The notes beneath the pieces are model-generated. The model saw only the letters and a program-made list of their open reading frames with translations. It did not search any database and was not told the origin of the DNA. From positions 111,973-175,972 of the forward strand of contig JAIOPH010000031.1 of assembly GCA_021414005.1 (NCBI GenBank): a DNA stretch of 64,000 nt, given 5' to 3'. Below are positions 37,709 through 46,817 of the stretch, piece by piece; positions within the stretch are counted from its first letter, which is position 1; the number at the start of each line of letters is the position of its first letter. The position numbers and the translations under genes were made by a program. This DNA is from Chthoniobacter sp. Its GTDB lineage: Bacteria > Verrucomicrobiota > Verrucomicrobiia > Chthoniobacterales > Chthoniobacteraceae.

Positions 37709-38539
37709 ATGAAAATCATCCGCTCCCAATCGCCCGACGGCACCATCGGACTCGTTGAGCAGCACGCCAACGGCACGGCCACGAAATTGCGCGGCACGCT
37801 TTTTGAAAAGCTGGAGCCGACAAGCGAAACGGCCGTGATCGCGAAGGTGCTCGCGCCGGTGGAGCCGCAGGCGGTGGTGTGCATCGGGTTGAATTACCGG
37901 CAGCACGCGGCGGAGACGAATGCGCCGCTGCCGAAGGTGCCGGTGGTCTTTTTCAAAAACCCGGCGGCGGTCCAGAATCCGGGTGATGAGATCGAGCTGC
38001 CGCGGTGGCTGGCGAGCGGGAAAGTGGATTACGAATGTGAACTCGCGGTGGTGATCGGACGGCGCTGCAAGAATGTGTCGCGGGCCGACGCGCTCGACTA
38101 CGTGCTCGGTTACACCTGCGGCAACGACGTGAGCGCGCGCGACTGGCAGAAGGAGGGCGGCGGTTCGCAATGGTGTCGGGGAAAATCATTCGACACCTTC
38201 TGCCCGCTCGGACCAGCGCTCGTGACGCCGGACGAAATCTCGAATCCCAACGCGCTCCGCATTTCCACGAAAGTGAACGGTGAGACGCTGCAGGACTGCT
38301 CGACCGCCGACATGATCTTCGACGTGCCCGCGCTGATCGAGTTTCTCAGCGGCTCGACGACGCTGCTGCCCGGCACCGTGATCCTCACCGGCACGCCGCA
38401 CGGCGTGGGTATGGCGCGCACGCCGCCGCGCTGGTTGCAGGCGGGCGACGTGGTCGCGGTGGAGATCGAAAAGATCGGCACGCTGTCGAATCCGGTCGCC
38501 GAGGAGCGCGCGGCGGGTGGGTCGAGTTTCCGTTTGTAA
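37709..38539 (+). CDS. Fumarylacetoacetate hydrolase family protein
   Basis: CIGLNYRQH, FFKNP, DYECEL, NDVSARDWQ, KSFDTFCPLGP, ILTGTPHGVG. Confidence 0.93.
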   Translation: MKIIRSQSPDGTIGLVEQHANGTATKLRGTLFEKLEPTSETAVIAKVLAPVEPQAVVCIGLNYRQHAAETNAPLPKVPVVFFKNPAAVQNPGDEIELPRWLASGKVDYECELAVVIGRRCKNVSRADALDYVLGYTCGNDVSARDWQKEGGGSQWCRGKSFDTFCPLGPALVTPDEISNPNALRISTKVNGETLQDCSTADMIFDVPALIEFLSGSTTLLPGTVILTGTPHGVGMARTPPRWLQAGDVVAVEIEKIGTLSNPVAEERAAGGSSFRL

Positions 38540-38567
38540 AGCAGGGCACGCGGCGAATAGTGCGCCC

Positions 38568-39638
38568 ATGCACACGCTCCAATTGCTCGCCGTGGCGCTC
38601 GGTCTGGCCTCGCTCGCGGGCATCAATCTGTATCTCACAGTCTTTGCGTCGGGCCTCGCGATTCAGCAGCACTGGATCGATGTGAGCCAGACGTATCCCG
38701 AACTCGTGATCCTCGGCCATCCCGCGATCGTCATCATCTCGGGCGTGCTCTTTTTCCTGCAATTTTTTGCCGACAAAGTGCCGTGGGTGGACTCGCTGTG
38801 GGACACGGTGCATACGGTCATTCGTCCGGTGGGCGGCGCGTTTCTTGCCATCCGCGTGCTGGGTAATCCTGATCCCGTTTTCGACGTGGTGGCCGCGCTG
38901 CTCGCGGGCGGGGTGACGCTGATGACCCACAGCGTGAAGGCCGGCACGCGGCTCGTGGTGAATCATTCGCCCGAGCCTTTTTCCAACATCGCCGTGAGCC
39001 TCACGGAAGACGCCGCCGTGCTCGGCGGGCTCGCGCTGGTCAAATACTCCATCGTCCACAGCGATCCCTGGCTGCTACTGAGCGTCTTCGGCACGATCCT
39101 GCTCTGCATCGCGTATTTCGGGCCGAAACTTTTCCGCGCGGTGAGGGCGAACGCCTGGCTCGTTTGGAAAAAGCTGTCGTCGCCCGCGGCGGATCATGTC
39201 GAAACGGAACTGCCCGCGACGCTGCCGCACGAACTGGAAATCGCCTTTGCCACCGTGAACCCCGCGCGCGAGGCCATCGCGTGGGCCGTGCCCTGCCTGA
39301 GCACGTCCGCGCGCAATATTCCTGGCAATTGTTTCGGCTACCTCGTCGCCACGAAAGAGCCGACGCCGAAGCTCGTCTTCCTCGCTAAGCGCCGCTTCCG
39401 CCATCTCGCTGAGGAACTCGATCTCACGACCTACAAAGTCGCGCACGAGCCGAAATTTCTGAGCGAAAACGTGGTGCTCTACAGCTTGGAGAAGAAACCG
39501 AAATACGTCTTCGCCTTTGCCCGCAGCCAGCGTCCGTTGGTCAAGGGGATCGCTACCTCGCTGCGGATGCGCCTGGGTTTTCTGGCACCAACGCCGGAGT
39601 CCGTGCCGGCACCCGCCGCGCCTGCGGGTGTCGCGTAG
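38568..39638 (+). CDS. DUF4126-family membrane protein with C-terminal extension
   Basis: LASLAGINLYL, FFADKVPWVDSLWD, SPEPFSNIAVSLTED. Confidence 0.85.
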   Translation: MHTLQLLAVALGLASLAGINLYLTVFASGLAIQQHWIDVSQTYPELVILGHPAIVIISGVLFFLQFFADKVPWVDSLWDTVHTVIRPVGGAFLAIRVLGNPDPVFDVVAALLAGGVTLMTHSVKAGTRLVVNHSPEPFSNIAVSLTEDAAVLGGLALVKYSIVHSDPWLLLSVFGTILLCIAYFGPKLFRAVRANAWLVWKKLSSPAADHVETELPATLPHELEIAFATVNPAREAIAWAVPCLSTSARNIPGNCFGYLVATKEPTPKLVFLAKRRFRHLAEELDLTTYKVAHEPKFLSENVVLYSLEKKPKYVFAFARSQRPLVKGIATSLRMRLGFLAPTPESVPAPAAPAGVA

Positions 39639-39642
39639 GCGC

Positions 39643-40341
39643 TCAATCCACGCCGAAGCACGCCGGGCTCGCGGTCCGGCACATTTCGAGGAAATCCTCC
39701 CACTGCAAGTCCAGCCACGGGTCGGTGGCCTTGAGTTGCTGCCGTGTCGTTTCATTGATCGCCTCGCCCGCGAGCTTCAGCCGTTGACCAATCGCGCGGT
39801 TGGTGCAGCCAAACATCGGGGCCAATTCCACCGCCCGCAGACCCCCGAGATGCGCGAGCTGGAGGAGAACGAAATCCTCCGCCGGACACGCCCGGAAAGC
39901 CGCCTCGATGGCGTCGCGCATGAGCGTGAGCAGCGGGATTTCCACGCGCCAATTGGAGGCATCGGCCGCATCGGCGTCCTCCGCTTTGACCTCCGCGCCG
40001 TCCGGACGGAAAGCGGCGGGCAGCAGCTCTCTGCGGCGCCGGGTCTTGCGGCGACGGCCCAGAAAGTCGTTGAGGAGAATCCCTGTCAAAAAAGTCTTCA
40101 GGGAGCAGGCTCCATTGTAGTGGGCGAGTTTTGGCCGCCGACCATCGCGCGGCGCGACGCAGTCGGCCCAGAGGTCGGCCACGATTTCCTCGGCCTCGTG
40201 CGGTGACGCCTGGGACTTCTGAAGCATGGCGAGGAGCGGTTGCCGATAGTGCGCCTGCAGGTGCTCCAAAGCCGACGATTTTCCTTCGAGACACTCGTGC
40301 ACGAGGTGAAAGTCATGGTGGTGGAATGGTTCGGGAGGCAC
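39643..40341 (-). CDS. ECF-like sigma-70 factor
   Basis: DFHLVHECLEG, AEEIVADLW, YNGACSLKTFL (region 2); C-terminal HTH AVELAPMFGCTNRAIGQRL. Confidence 0.7.
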   Translation of the reverse strand: MPPEPFHHHDFHLVHECLEGKSSALEHLQAHYRQPLLAMLQKSQASPHEAEEIVADLWADCVAPRDGRRPKLAHYNGACSLKTFLTGILLNDFLGRRRKTRRRRELLPAAFRPDGAEVKAEDADAADASNWRVEIPLLTLMRDAIEAAFRACPAEDFVLLQLAHLGGLRAVELAPMFGCTNRAIGQRLKLAGEAINETTRQQLKATDPWLDLQWEDFLEMCRTASPACFGVD

Positions 40342-40384
40342 GGCGCAAAGGGATAGGACGGTCGCTGGCTATGACAACGAGAAA

Positions 40385-40417
40385 GTAGGGGCGCGACCGC
40401 CCCCACGGTCGCGCCCC
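40385..40417 (+). repeat. REP-like palindrome with GTAG tetranucleotide
   Basis: GTAG then GGGGCGCGACCG-CCCCCA-CGGTCGCGCCCC (12-bp perfect stem). Confidence 0.5.
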
Positions 40418-40596
40418 CGTCCCGAAACCGCAGCCGACGAACGCCCGGAACCGCCAACCCACCGCCCCCCTCCTCCGCTAACCCGCATTCCCCCGCTTCC
40501 GACCTCTGTCCTCCGTATCCGACCGCCCACTTCCGGGAAGCGTTCATCGACTGAAGTTCGAAGGAATTCACTCCGACTCATCACGTCCTTCATCCG

Positions 40597-40720
40597 TTAA
40601 ACGGGCGAGATTGCGCCTTTTCCAAAAAATCTGCCGCGCGGACGAAGAAAGTTTCGTCGCGGAAAGAAAATCAGGAAATTCCCGACATTTTTCGGCAAAG
40701 GCGCAATCTCGCGCGTTTAA
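40597..40720. repeat. 124-bp element with 34-bp terminal inverted repeats ending in TTAA (MITE-like or structured)
   Basis: 40597-40630 versus the reverse complement of 40687-40720: 3 mismatches in 34 bp; inner hairpin GACGAA/TTCGTC. Confidence 0.75.
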
Positions 40721-40727
40721 GGAAACG

Positions 40728-41000
40728 GTGAGCAACGACTTCAAAATATTGACCGAGTTTCTGGAACGCCTCGGTCCGGAAGTTTCCGGCAGGGAACTGA
40801 CCGTCCCGCTCGGTGAAACCGCCCTCAAGCTCCAGCGCTTCGCCGCAGGCGAGTGTGATCCGGCGGAGCGAGGCGAAGTGTGCGAGCTGCTCCGACTCCA
40901 CCCCGCGTGGCTCCGCTGGGTGGCGAACCGGGTGAAGATGGCGCGCGGCGGTGATGCCGGCCACGGAGTGGCTACGCGCCTGCAGACCGATTCCGAGTAA
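40728..41000 (+). CDS. Small hypothetical protein divergent from the ECF sigma (anti-sigma-like N-terminal motif)
   Basis: LQRFAAGECDPAERGEVCELLRLHP; GTG start after GGAA. Confidence 0.6.
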   Translation: MSNDFKILTEFLERLGPEVSGRELTVPLGETALKLQRFAAGECDPAERGEVCELLRLHPAWLRWVANRVKMARGGDAGHGVATRLQTDSE

Positions 41001-41045
41001 TTTCCCGCGGCGTCTCGATCCCGGTTGCCAGCCACCGCCGTTCGC

Positions 41046-41096
41046 AAAAAGAACCCGCCGGTCTGCGGCGCTGTGGCACGCGCGGACCGGCGGGTT
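41046..41096 (-). terminator. Intrinsic terminator for the minus-strand DUF3467 gene (possibly bidirectional)
   Basis: AACCCGCCGGTC / GACCGGCGGGTT stem; an AAAAA run on + gives a U tract on -. Confidence 0.6.
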
Positions 41097-41124
41097 GGTC
41101 TGAATGGTTAAAAGCGGCGCTCGC

Positions 41125-41436
41125 TTACTCGCTCGCGGGCTCGACCGGCGTGGGCGGGGTTTGCGGCGGCGGGTTGAGCTGCACGACCTGGAAGTTCTGC
41201 GTAGTCTGCGCGAGGAGCTGCGCGAGGCGGACGACGCCGGATGGCGTCATGGCGATGCGCGTGTGGATGGGCATCACGGACACGCCGGGGCGATCGGCGA
41301 CGATGCCGGAGGTGAAGTCGAGATAGACTTCCTCGGCACCGACGCTGACGAGCGCGTGGTTCGCGTAGCGGGCGGTGAAGTTTTCGTAGCGGATCTGGAG
41401 GTTCTGCTGTGGAGCTTGTGGTTGTTCGTTGGACAT
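41125..41436 (-). CDS. DUF3467-domain protein
   Basis: YANHALVSVGAEEVYLDF...RIAMTP...RLAQLL. Confidence 0.8.
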   Translation of the reverse strand: MSNEQPQAPQQNLQIRYENFTARYANHALVSVGAEEVYLDFTSGIVADRPGVSVMPIHTRIAMTPSGVVRLAQLLAQTTQNFQVVQLNPPPQTPPTPVEPASE

Positions 41437-41558
41437 AGGGCCGCCTGCTTTAGCAGCCCGGAGCGGCTTTGCAATCGGGTTTCGTAAATTTTTTTCACGC
41501 AGGGACGGTGCGTTGAAAAGTTCGCGCAGTCGGGAGCTTCTGCGCTAATCCGCTGGCC

Positions 41559-42689
41559 ATGTCTGCCGACCGGATAGCCACACTTTTTCACGAGAACTTC
41601 ACTGCCTACGGGGAACTCGGCGCTTCCGTCTGCGTCTGGCGCGAAGGACGTGAAGTGCTCTCGCTGGCTGGCGGTTTCCGCGATCGCGCGCGAACGCTGC
41701 CGTGGACAGACGAGACGCCGGTGCTGTTTTGGTCGGCGACCAAGGGCCTGGCCGCAGCGTGCCTGCTCCATGCGTGCCAGGAGCATGCCATTTCGCCGCT
41801 CCGGCTGGTCGCCGAGGTGTGGCCGGATTTTTCCCAAGCCGGCAAAGAGCGGGTGACGATCGCGGAACTGCTCTCACACCAGGCCGGGCTCCCCGCGCTC
41901 ACGCCGACGGTCGATGTGCTGGACCACGCCGCCGTCGCCGCGGCGCTGGCGGCGGAGACACCGCACTGGCCGCCCGGCATCGGGCACGGCTACCACCCGC
42001 GCACGTTTGGCTACCTCGTGGATGAACTCCTCCGCCGGATCACCGGCACGGCGCTGCGCGAGTACTGGCGCGATCAGATCGCCGAACCACTCGGTCTGGA
42101 CGTCTGGATCGGCCTGCCCCCCGAACGCGAGGCCGCGGCCGTCTTTCCCGCCAAAACCGCCCCGCCCAAAGGCGACCCGTTTTACACCGCCTTCCTCACG
42201 CCCGACTCGCTCACCGCCCGCGCCTTTGCCACCCCGCGCGGCCTGCACAGCGTGGCTTCGATGAACTCCCCCGAGGCCCGCGCCGCCTCGCTCGGCGCGT
42301 TCGGCGGCATCGGCACCGCTCGTGGGCTCGCGAAATTCTACGCCCTGCTCGCGGGCGGAGGCGAGTGGGCGGGCCGGCGTTTTTTTCAACCCGCCACACT
42401 CGACTGGATGACGACCACCCTCACCCAGGGCCTCGACCGCGTGCTGCTCGCCGAGACCGCCTTTTCAGCGGGCTTCATGCGCGACCCCGCTGACGCCCGC
42501 GGCGCGAAACGCCGCACCCATTTCGGCCCGTCGCCCCGCGCGTTCGGACATCCCGGCGCGGGCGGCAGTCATGCCTTCGCGGACCCCGACACCGGCCTCG
42601 CCTTTGCCTACGTCATGAACCAAATGGAGCCCGGCGTCTTCCCCGGCCCCAAGTGCCTCCGGCTCGTCGCCGCGCTCTACGGCGATTGA
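41559..42689 (+). CDS. Serine hydrolase, beta-lactamase/esterase family
   Basis: WSATKG (SxxK), LLSHQAGLP, HGYHPRTFG, FGHPGAGGS..FADP. Confidence 0.9.
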   Translation: MSADRIATLFHENFTAYGELGASVCVWREGREVLSLAGGFRDRARTLPWTDETPVLFWSATKGLAAACLLHACQEHAISPLRLVAEVWPDFSQAGKERVTIAELLSHQAGLPALTPTVDVLDHAAVAAALAAETPHWPPGIGHGYHPRTFGYLVDELLRRITGTALREYWRDQIAEPLGLDVWIGLPPEREAAAVFPAKTAPPKGDPFYTAFLTPDSLTARAFATPRGLHSVASMNSPEARAASLGAFGGIGTARGLAKFYALLAGGGEWAGRRFFQPATLDWMTTTLTQGLDRVLLAETAFSAGFMRDPADARGAKRRTHFGPSPRAFGHPGAGGSHAFADPDTGLAFAYVMNQMEPGVFPGPKCLRLVAALYGD

Positions 42690-42695
42690 GCCGAG

Positions 42696-43115
42696 CTATG
42701 CCCCGAGCACCGTCACGACCACCGTCCGGCGGTGCGGCGCACGGCGGTGCTCGAAAAGGAAGATGCCCTGCCAGGTCCCGAGCTGCATCCGCCCGCGCGT
42801 GATCGGCACCACCTCACTGGTCCGCGTCAGCACCATCCGCAGGTGCGAGGGCATGTCGTCCGGCCCTTCCGTCGTGTGGGTAAAATAGTCTTCATCCTCC
42901 GGGCAAAGCCGCGCGAAAAACGCATGCAAGTCGGTGCGCGCGGATGGGTCCGCATTTTCATAGATGACAAGCGACGCGCTGGTGTGCTGGACAAAGACGG
43001 TCACGGTCCCAGTCTCCACGCCGCTATCATGGACGACGCGCGCGACTTCACCGGTGATCTCGCGGGTGCCTTGGCCGCGAGTCGCGATGGAGAGAGTGGC
43101 GGTATGGGCTTTCAT
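42696..43115 (-). CDS. yjbQ: YjbQ/UPF0047-family protein
   Basis: HTSASL..ENADP, HTTEGPDDMPSHLR, LGTWQGIFLFEHR. Confidence 0.92.
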   Translation of the reverse strand: MKAHTATLSIATRGQGTREITGEVARVVHDSGVETGTVTVFVQHTSASLVIYENADPSARTDLHAFFARLCPEDEDYFTHTTEGPDDMPSHLRMVLTRTSEVVPITRGRMQLGTWQGIFLFEHRRAPHRRTVVVTVLGA

Positions 43116-43157
43116 CCGAAGGCGGAGAAATTCGCCGTTGCGCGGGTGCCCGGCGAA

Positions 43158-44159
43158 TTACGACCGGTTAACGACCGAGGTTCCGTCCGCCTGTTCGCGG
43201 ACGATCTCGTCGTAAATCCACGCGTAGGTGCGCTCCAGACCGGCGCGCAGTTTGGTGCTGGGTTCCCAACCAAAAACTTTTTGAATCAGCGTGTTGTCGG
43301 AGTTGCGACCGTTGACGCCTTTGGGCGCGTCGAGCTTGTAGCGACGCTGGAGCTTCACCCCGGCGATGTCCTCGACGAGGTCCACGAGCTGATTGATCGA
43401 GACCATTTCGCTGCTGCCGATATTGATCGGTTCGATAAAGTCGCTGTTCAAGAGCATCTGGGTGCCGTGAACGCAGTCGTCGATATACATGAAGCTGCGT
43501 GTCTGATGGCCGTATCCCCAAATCTCGATGTCGTGGTTTCCGCTCAGTTTCGCTTTGATGACCTTGCGACAGACGGCAGCCGGCGCTTTCTCGCGTCCTC
43601 CGTCGTACGTGCCGTTCGGTCCATAGACGTTGTGGTAGCGGGCCACGCGCGTCTGGATGCCGAAGTCCTCGCGGAAATGCCGGCACATGCGCTCGCTAAA
43701 GAGCTTTTCCCAGCCGTAGCCGTCCTCTGGCAGCCCGGGATACGCGTCCGCTTCCTTGAGCGCGGTGACGTTCGGATCGCGCTGCTTGTCGGCGTTATAG
43801 ACGCAGGCACTGGAGGAGAAAAAGAACCGCTTGGCCCCGAATTTTTTCGCGGCCAACAGGAGGTGCGTGTTGATGAGCACGCTGAGCATGCAGAGCGCTT
43901 TGTTCAGCTCGATGAAACCCATGCCGCCCATGTCTGCGGCGAGGTTATAGACTTCGTCGCAGCCCTCGACGGCCTTTTCGCAGGCATCGAGATGTTCGAG
44001 GTTCAGCTCGAAATTTTCCACGTCGTCGAATTTCTGATACCACTCGCCAAAAGGTTTCTTGTCCACGGCCCGAAGGTTCGTGTGGCCTTGGCGACGCAGA
44101 TCGCTGATGAGATGACCGCCGATGAAACCGCCGGCGCCGCAAACGAGGATTTTTTTCAT
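43158..44159 (-). CDS. NAD-dependent nucleotide-sugar epimerase (GDP-mannose 3,5-epimerase-like)
   Basis: GAGGFIG, NLAADMGGMGFI, SSACVY, YGWEK, GREKAPAAVCRK. Confidence 0.9.
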   Translation of the reverse strand: MKKILVCGAGGFIGGHLISDLRRQGHTNLRAVDKKPFGEWYQKFDDVENFELNLEHLDACEKAVEGCDEVYNLAADMGGMGFIELNKALCMLSVLINTHLLLAAKKFGAKRFFFSSSACVYNADKQRDPNVTALKEADAYPGLPEDGYGWEKLFSERMCRHFREDFGIQTRVARYHNVYGPNGTYDGGREKAPAAVCRKVIKAKLSGNHDIEIWGYGHQTRSFMYIDDCVHGTQMLLNSDFIEPINIGSSEMVSINQLVDLVEDIAGVKLQRRYKLDAPKGVNGRNSDNTLIQKVFGWEPSTKLRAGLERTYAWIYDEIVREQADGTSVVNRS

Positions 44160-44189
44160 GTGAGATCGAGGAGGGTTGGGGGGCTTGGA

Positions 44190-44990
44190 CTAAAGGGCGG
44201 AGACATTCTCCGGGGTGGATGGCACTTCAAGCGGATATTTCCGCAGGCCGAGCAACTGGCCGGCGATGCGCCAAACGAAGAGCGGATTGTTGACCAGATA
44301 CCGCCGGGCGAGGCGGCGCGGTTCGCAGCACATCCGGTAGAACCACTCGAAGCCGCTGCGCTGAATCCAGCGCGGGGCCTGCCGGACGCGACCGGCGTGG
44401 AAGTCGAAGGCTGCCCCGACGCCGAACATCAGGGTGGTGTTGAGCCGCGCCAGATAAGCGGCCATGAAGCGCTCCTGCTTCGGCGTGCTCAGCCCGACCC
44501 AGATGATGTCCGGATTTTTCTCCCGGACGAGCGCGGTGAGAGCGGTCTCCTCCTCGGCGGTGAGCGGGCGAAAAGGCGGGCAATACGTGCCGCAGATCGT
44601 CACGCCGGGGAAGCGCGCTTCGAGCCTGGCCTGCAGTTCCTCCGCCACGCCCGGCGCGCCGCCATAGAAAAAGTGGCGGAACGGCGTGGCTTGGGTAGCC
44701 GCAAAGATCTCCAGCATCAGGTCCGGGCCGTACACGCGATCCACGAAGCTGCCGACTGCGCGTTTGCCCAGCCAGACGAGCGGCATGCCGTCGGTGGTGT
44801 TGAGGAAAGCGCCATTCAGAATGCGCCGAAATTCCGCATCGCCCTGCGCCTCGGTGATGCCATGCACGCCGGTCACACAGACATAGCCCTTGCGGCGTTC
44901 GCGCAGCGCGGCCAGCACGGCGTCCGTGGCGATGCGGAGATTCATCGCGCTCACGCCGACACCGAGGACATTAAAGCGTTGGATCGTCAT
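44190..44990 (-). CDS. WecB/TagA/CpsF-family glycosyltransferase
   Basis: TDGMPLVW, RVYGPDL, WVGLSTPKQE, GVGAAFDF, EWFYR..EPRRL. Confidence 0.93.
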   Translation of the reverse strand: MTIQRFNVLGVGVSAMNLRIATDAVLAALRERRKGYVCVTGVHGITEAQGDAEFRRILNGAFLNTTDGMPLVWLGKRAVGSFVDRVYGPDLMLEIFAATQATPFRHFFYGGAPGVAEELQARLEARFPGVTICGTYCPPFRPLTAEEETALTALVREKNPDIIWVGLSTPKQERFMAAYLARLNTTLMFGVGAAFDFHAGRVRQAPRWIQRSGFEWFYRMCCEPRRLARRYLVNNPLFVWRIAGQLLGLRKYPLEVPSTPENVSAL

Positions 44991-45099
44991 GGATGCCATG
45001 CAGGGCGGGGACGCTAGTGGCGTGCCCGGCGCGTGACAAGTTGCGGACGCGGGAGCGCCGGATTGCAACTGGCGAAACCCTCTCTACATTCCCGCCGCG

Positions 45100-46122
45100 A
45101 TGCCCACTGAACCGCCCGCCCCAAAGCCCGAACCCGTGCCCCCGCTCGAATTTGGGGACATGTGCTCGCTTTTTGGCAAATGGTGCCGCGCTAATGTCGC
45201 GTCCGCCGTCCTCCTCGCCAGCTCCTTCGGCCTGCTCGTCTATTTCTACGGTTACTACTACGCATTTCATAACGGTACCCAGAGCACTGCGCTCTGGGCC
45301 TCGCTGGCGTGGAATTCGGAGAATAATCAGGAGCACTCCTGGTTCGTCCTCCCTATCTCCATCGGCCTGCTCTGGTATCACCGCGAAAAGATCCGCGAGG
45401 CGCGCAAGGAGCCATCCAATCTTGGCCTTGTCTGGCTGCTCTTTGGCGTCGCTACCTTTGTCGCGGGCGTCCGTATGATCGACGCACGCACGGCCGTCAT
45501 CTCGTTCCCGATTATCATCTATGGCTGGGTGCTCTTTTTGTGGGGGAGGGAAGTCGCACGCGTGTTCGTTTTTCCGTGTATTTTCCTGCTTTTCATGGTG
45601 CCCGTCGGTGCCCTTTTACATAACACGGTGTTCTTGCAGTTGCTTGTCGCGGATACGGTTAAGTTCCTTGCTTCGCTGATTGGCGTGGGCGTTGAACAAA
45701 TCGGAACTTCGCTCCGGGCTTCGGATGGCAAATTCAATTTCGACATTGCCGAAGGTTGCAGCGGCATCCGCTCGCTGATGGCGATGATTACATTGAGTAC
45801 GCTCTATGTGCATTTCACCCAGCGCGAGACTTGGAAGCAGTGGGTCATCATCGCCGGCTCGGTGGTTTTTGCGGTGATCGGTAATGTCGGTCGTATCTTT
45901 AGCGTGGTCTTGGTTGCTCGTTTCATTGACGAAGGGTTCGCCGCAGGTCGTTACCATGACTATTCGGGTTTAGTGGTTTTTTTCCCCTCGGCCGTCGGCG
46001 CGATGTTGGGCTTTGCCAAGCTCCTCAATACAGACTGGCGCGCTGTCGCGAAGGAAGCCGTCAAGCCAGAGCGTGCGGCGGTGGGCAGAAAAACGGGAGG
46101 ACCAATTTCGTATGACTACTAA
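45100..46122 (+). CDS. Exosortase/archaeosortase-family transpeptidase
   Basis: Multi-TM; IAEGCSGIRSL (Cys), GNVGR (Arg), YHDYSG (His). Confidence 0.9.
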   Translation: MPTEPPAPKPEPVPPLEFGDMCSLFGKWCRANVASAVLLASSFGLLVYFYGYYYAFHNGTQSTALWASLAWNSENNQEHSWFVLPISIGLLWYHREKIREARKEPSNLGLVWLLFGVATFVAGVRMIDARTAVISFPIIIYGWVLFLWGREVARVFVFPCIFLLFMVPVGALLHNTVFLQLLVADTVKFLASLIGVGVEQIGTSLRASDGKFNFDIAEGCSGIRSLMAMITLSTLYVHFTQRETWKQWVIIAGSVVFAVIGNVGRIFSVVLVARFIDEGFAAGRYHDYSGLVVFFPSAVGAMLGFAKLLNTDWRAVAKEAVKPERAAVGRKTGGPISYDY

Positions 46123-46798
46123 ACGGACTCTCGTCCTCTTTGCCGCACTGCTCGTGATGGGCGCGGTGTTCTTCCTGCCAAAGTTCTTTTTTCAGCCGCT
46201 CGGCATCGAACTCAAGTTGCCTGAAACGCTCGGCGCGTGGAGCGGCACGGATGGCAAAATTACGGAAGAAGAAATCGGAATTCTGGGAAAGGAGACCGAG
46301 TTCGCGCGGAAGATCTACAGCAACGGGCAAGGGGACGAGTTGCTCGTGACCATCGTGCTCTCGGGGCATGACATGAATACTAGCATTCACCGTCCTGAGC
46401 GCTGTCTCGACGCCCAAGGCTGGTCGCTTGCCGGCTCGCCGACCGTGCGGGTGGATGTGTCTACGCGCGGCCAACTCGACACGAAGGCGCTTAAAGTCGT
46501 CAGGATGGTGAAGACTGGTGATGGTCGGCAGATTCCCCAAATGATGCTGAATTACTATTGGTTTACTGGCCAAAGCCGCACCACGGCCTCGCATTTCGAC
46601 CGGTGGCTCATTGACAAATGCGACCGCCTTTTCCGCGGATACAACCAGCGCTGGGCTTACTTCACCGTGGCGGCGACGATCACGCAGGGTTTGAAACCGA
46701 ACGGACGTTCCGAGGCGGAAACTGCCGCGATGATCGAGGATTTCATCAAGGGCCTGGTCCCGCCTACGCATCTGGCGTCAGTGAAAATAGGGAAGTAA
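46112..46798 (+). CDS. EpsI-family exosortase-associated protein
   Basis: LPETLGAWSG, IHRPERCL..QGW, YWF. Confidence 0.85.
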   Translation: MTTKRTLVLFAALLVMGAVFFLPKFFFQPLGIELKLPETLGAWSGTDGKITEEEIGILGKETEFARKIYSNGQGDELLVTIVLSGHDMNTSIHRPERCLDAQGWSLAGSPTVRVDVSTRGQLDTKALKVVRMVKTGDGRQIPQMMLNYYWFTGQSRTTASHFDRWLIDKCDRLFRGYNQRWAYFTVAATITQGLKPNGRSEAETAAMIEDFIKGLVPPTHLASVKIGK

Positions 46799-46817
46799 GC
46801 AGGCGGCCAAACGTCGC

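Noticed and set aside
40440-40545. Further heptamer array (cttccga cctctgt cctccgt ...)
   Set aside because: Too degenerate to separate from C-rich low-complexity sequence by eye.
40597-40720. 6S RNA
   Set aside because: Shorter than a typical 6S RNA and lacks the symmetric central bubble between two long stems.
42732-45017. 761-aa plus-strand ORF spanning three genes
   Set aside because: Antisense to yjbQ, the epimerase and the WecB gene, which have clear motifs; no motifs of its own. Stop-poor shadow frames are expected at high GC.
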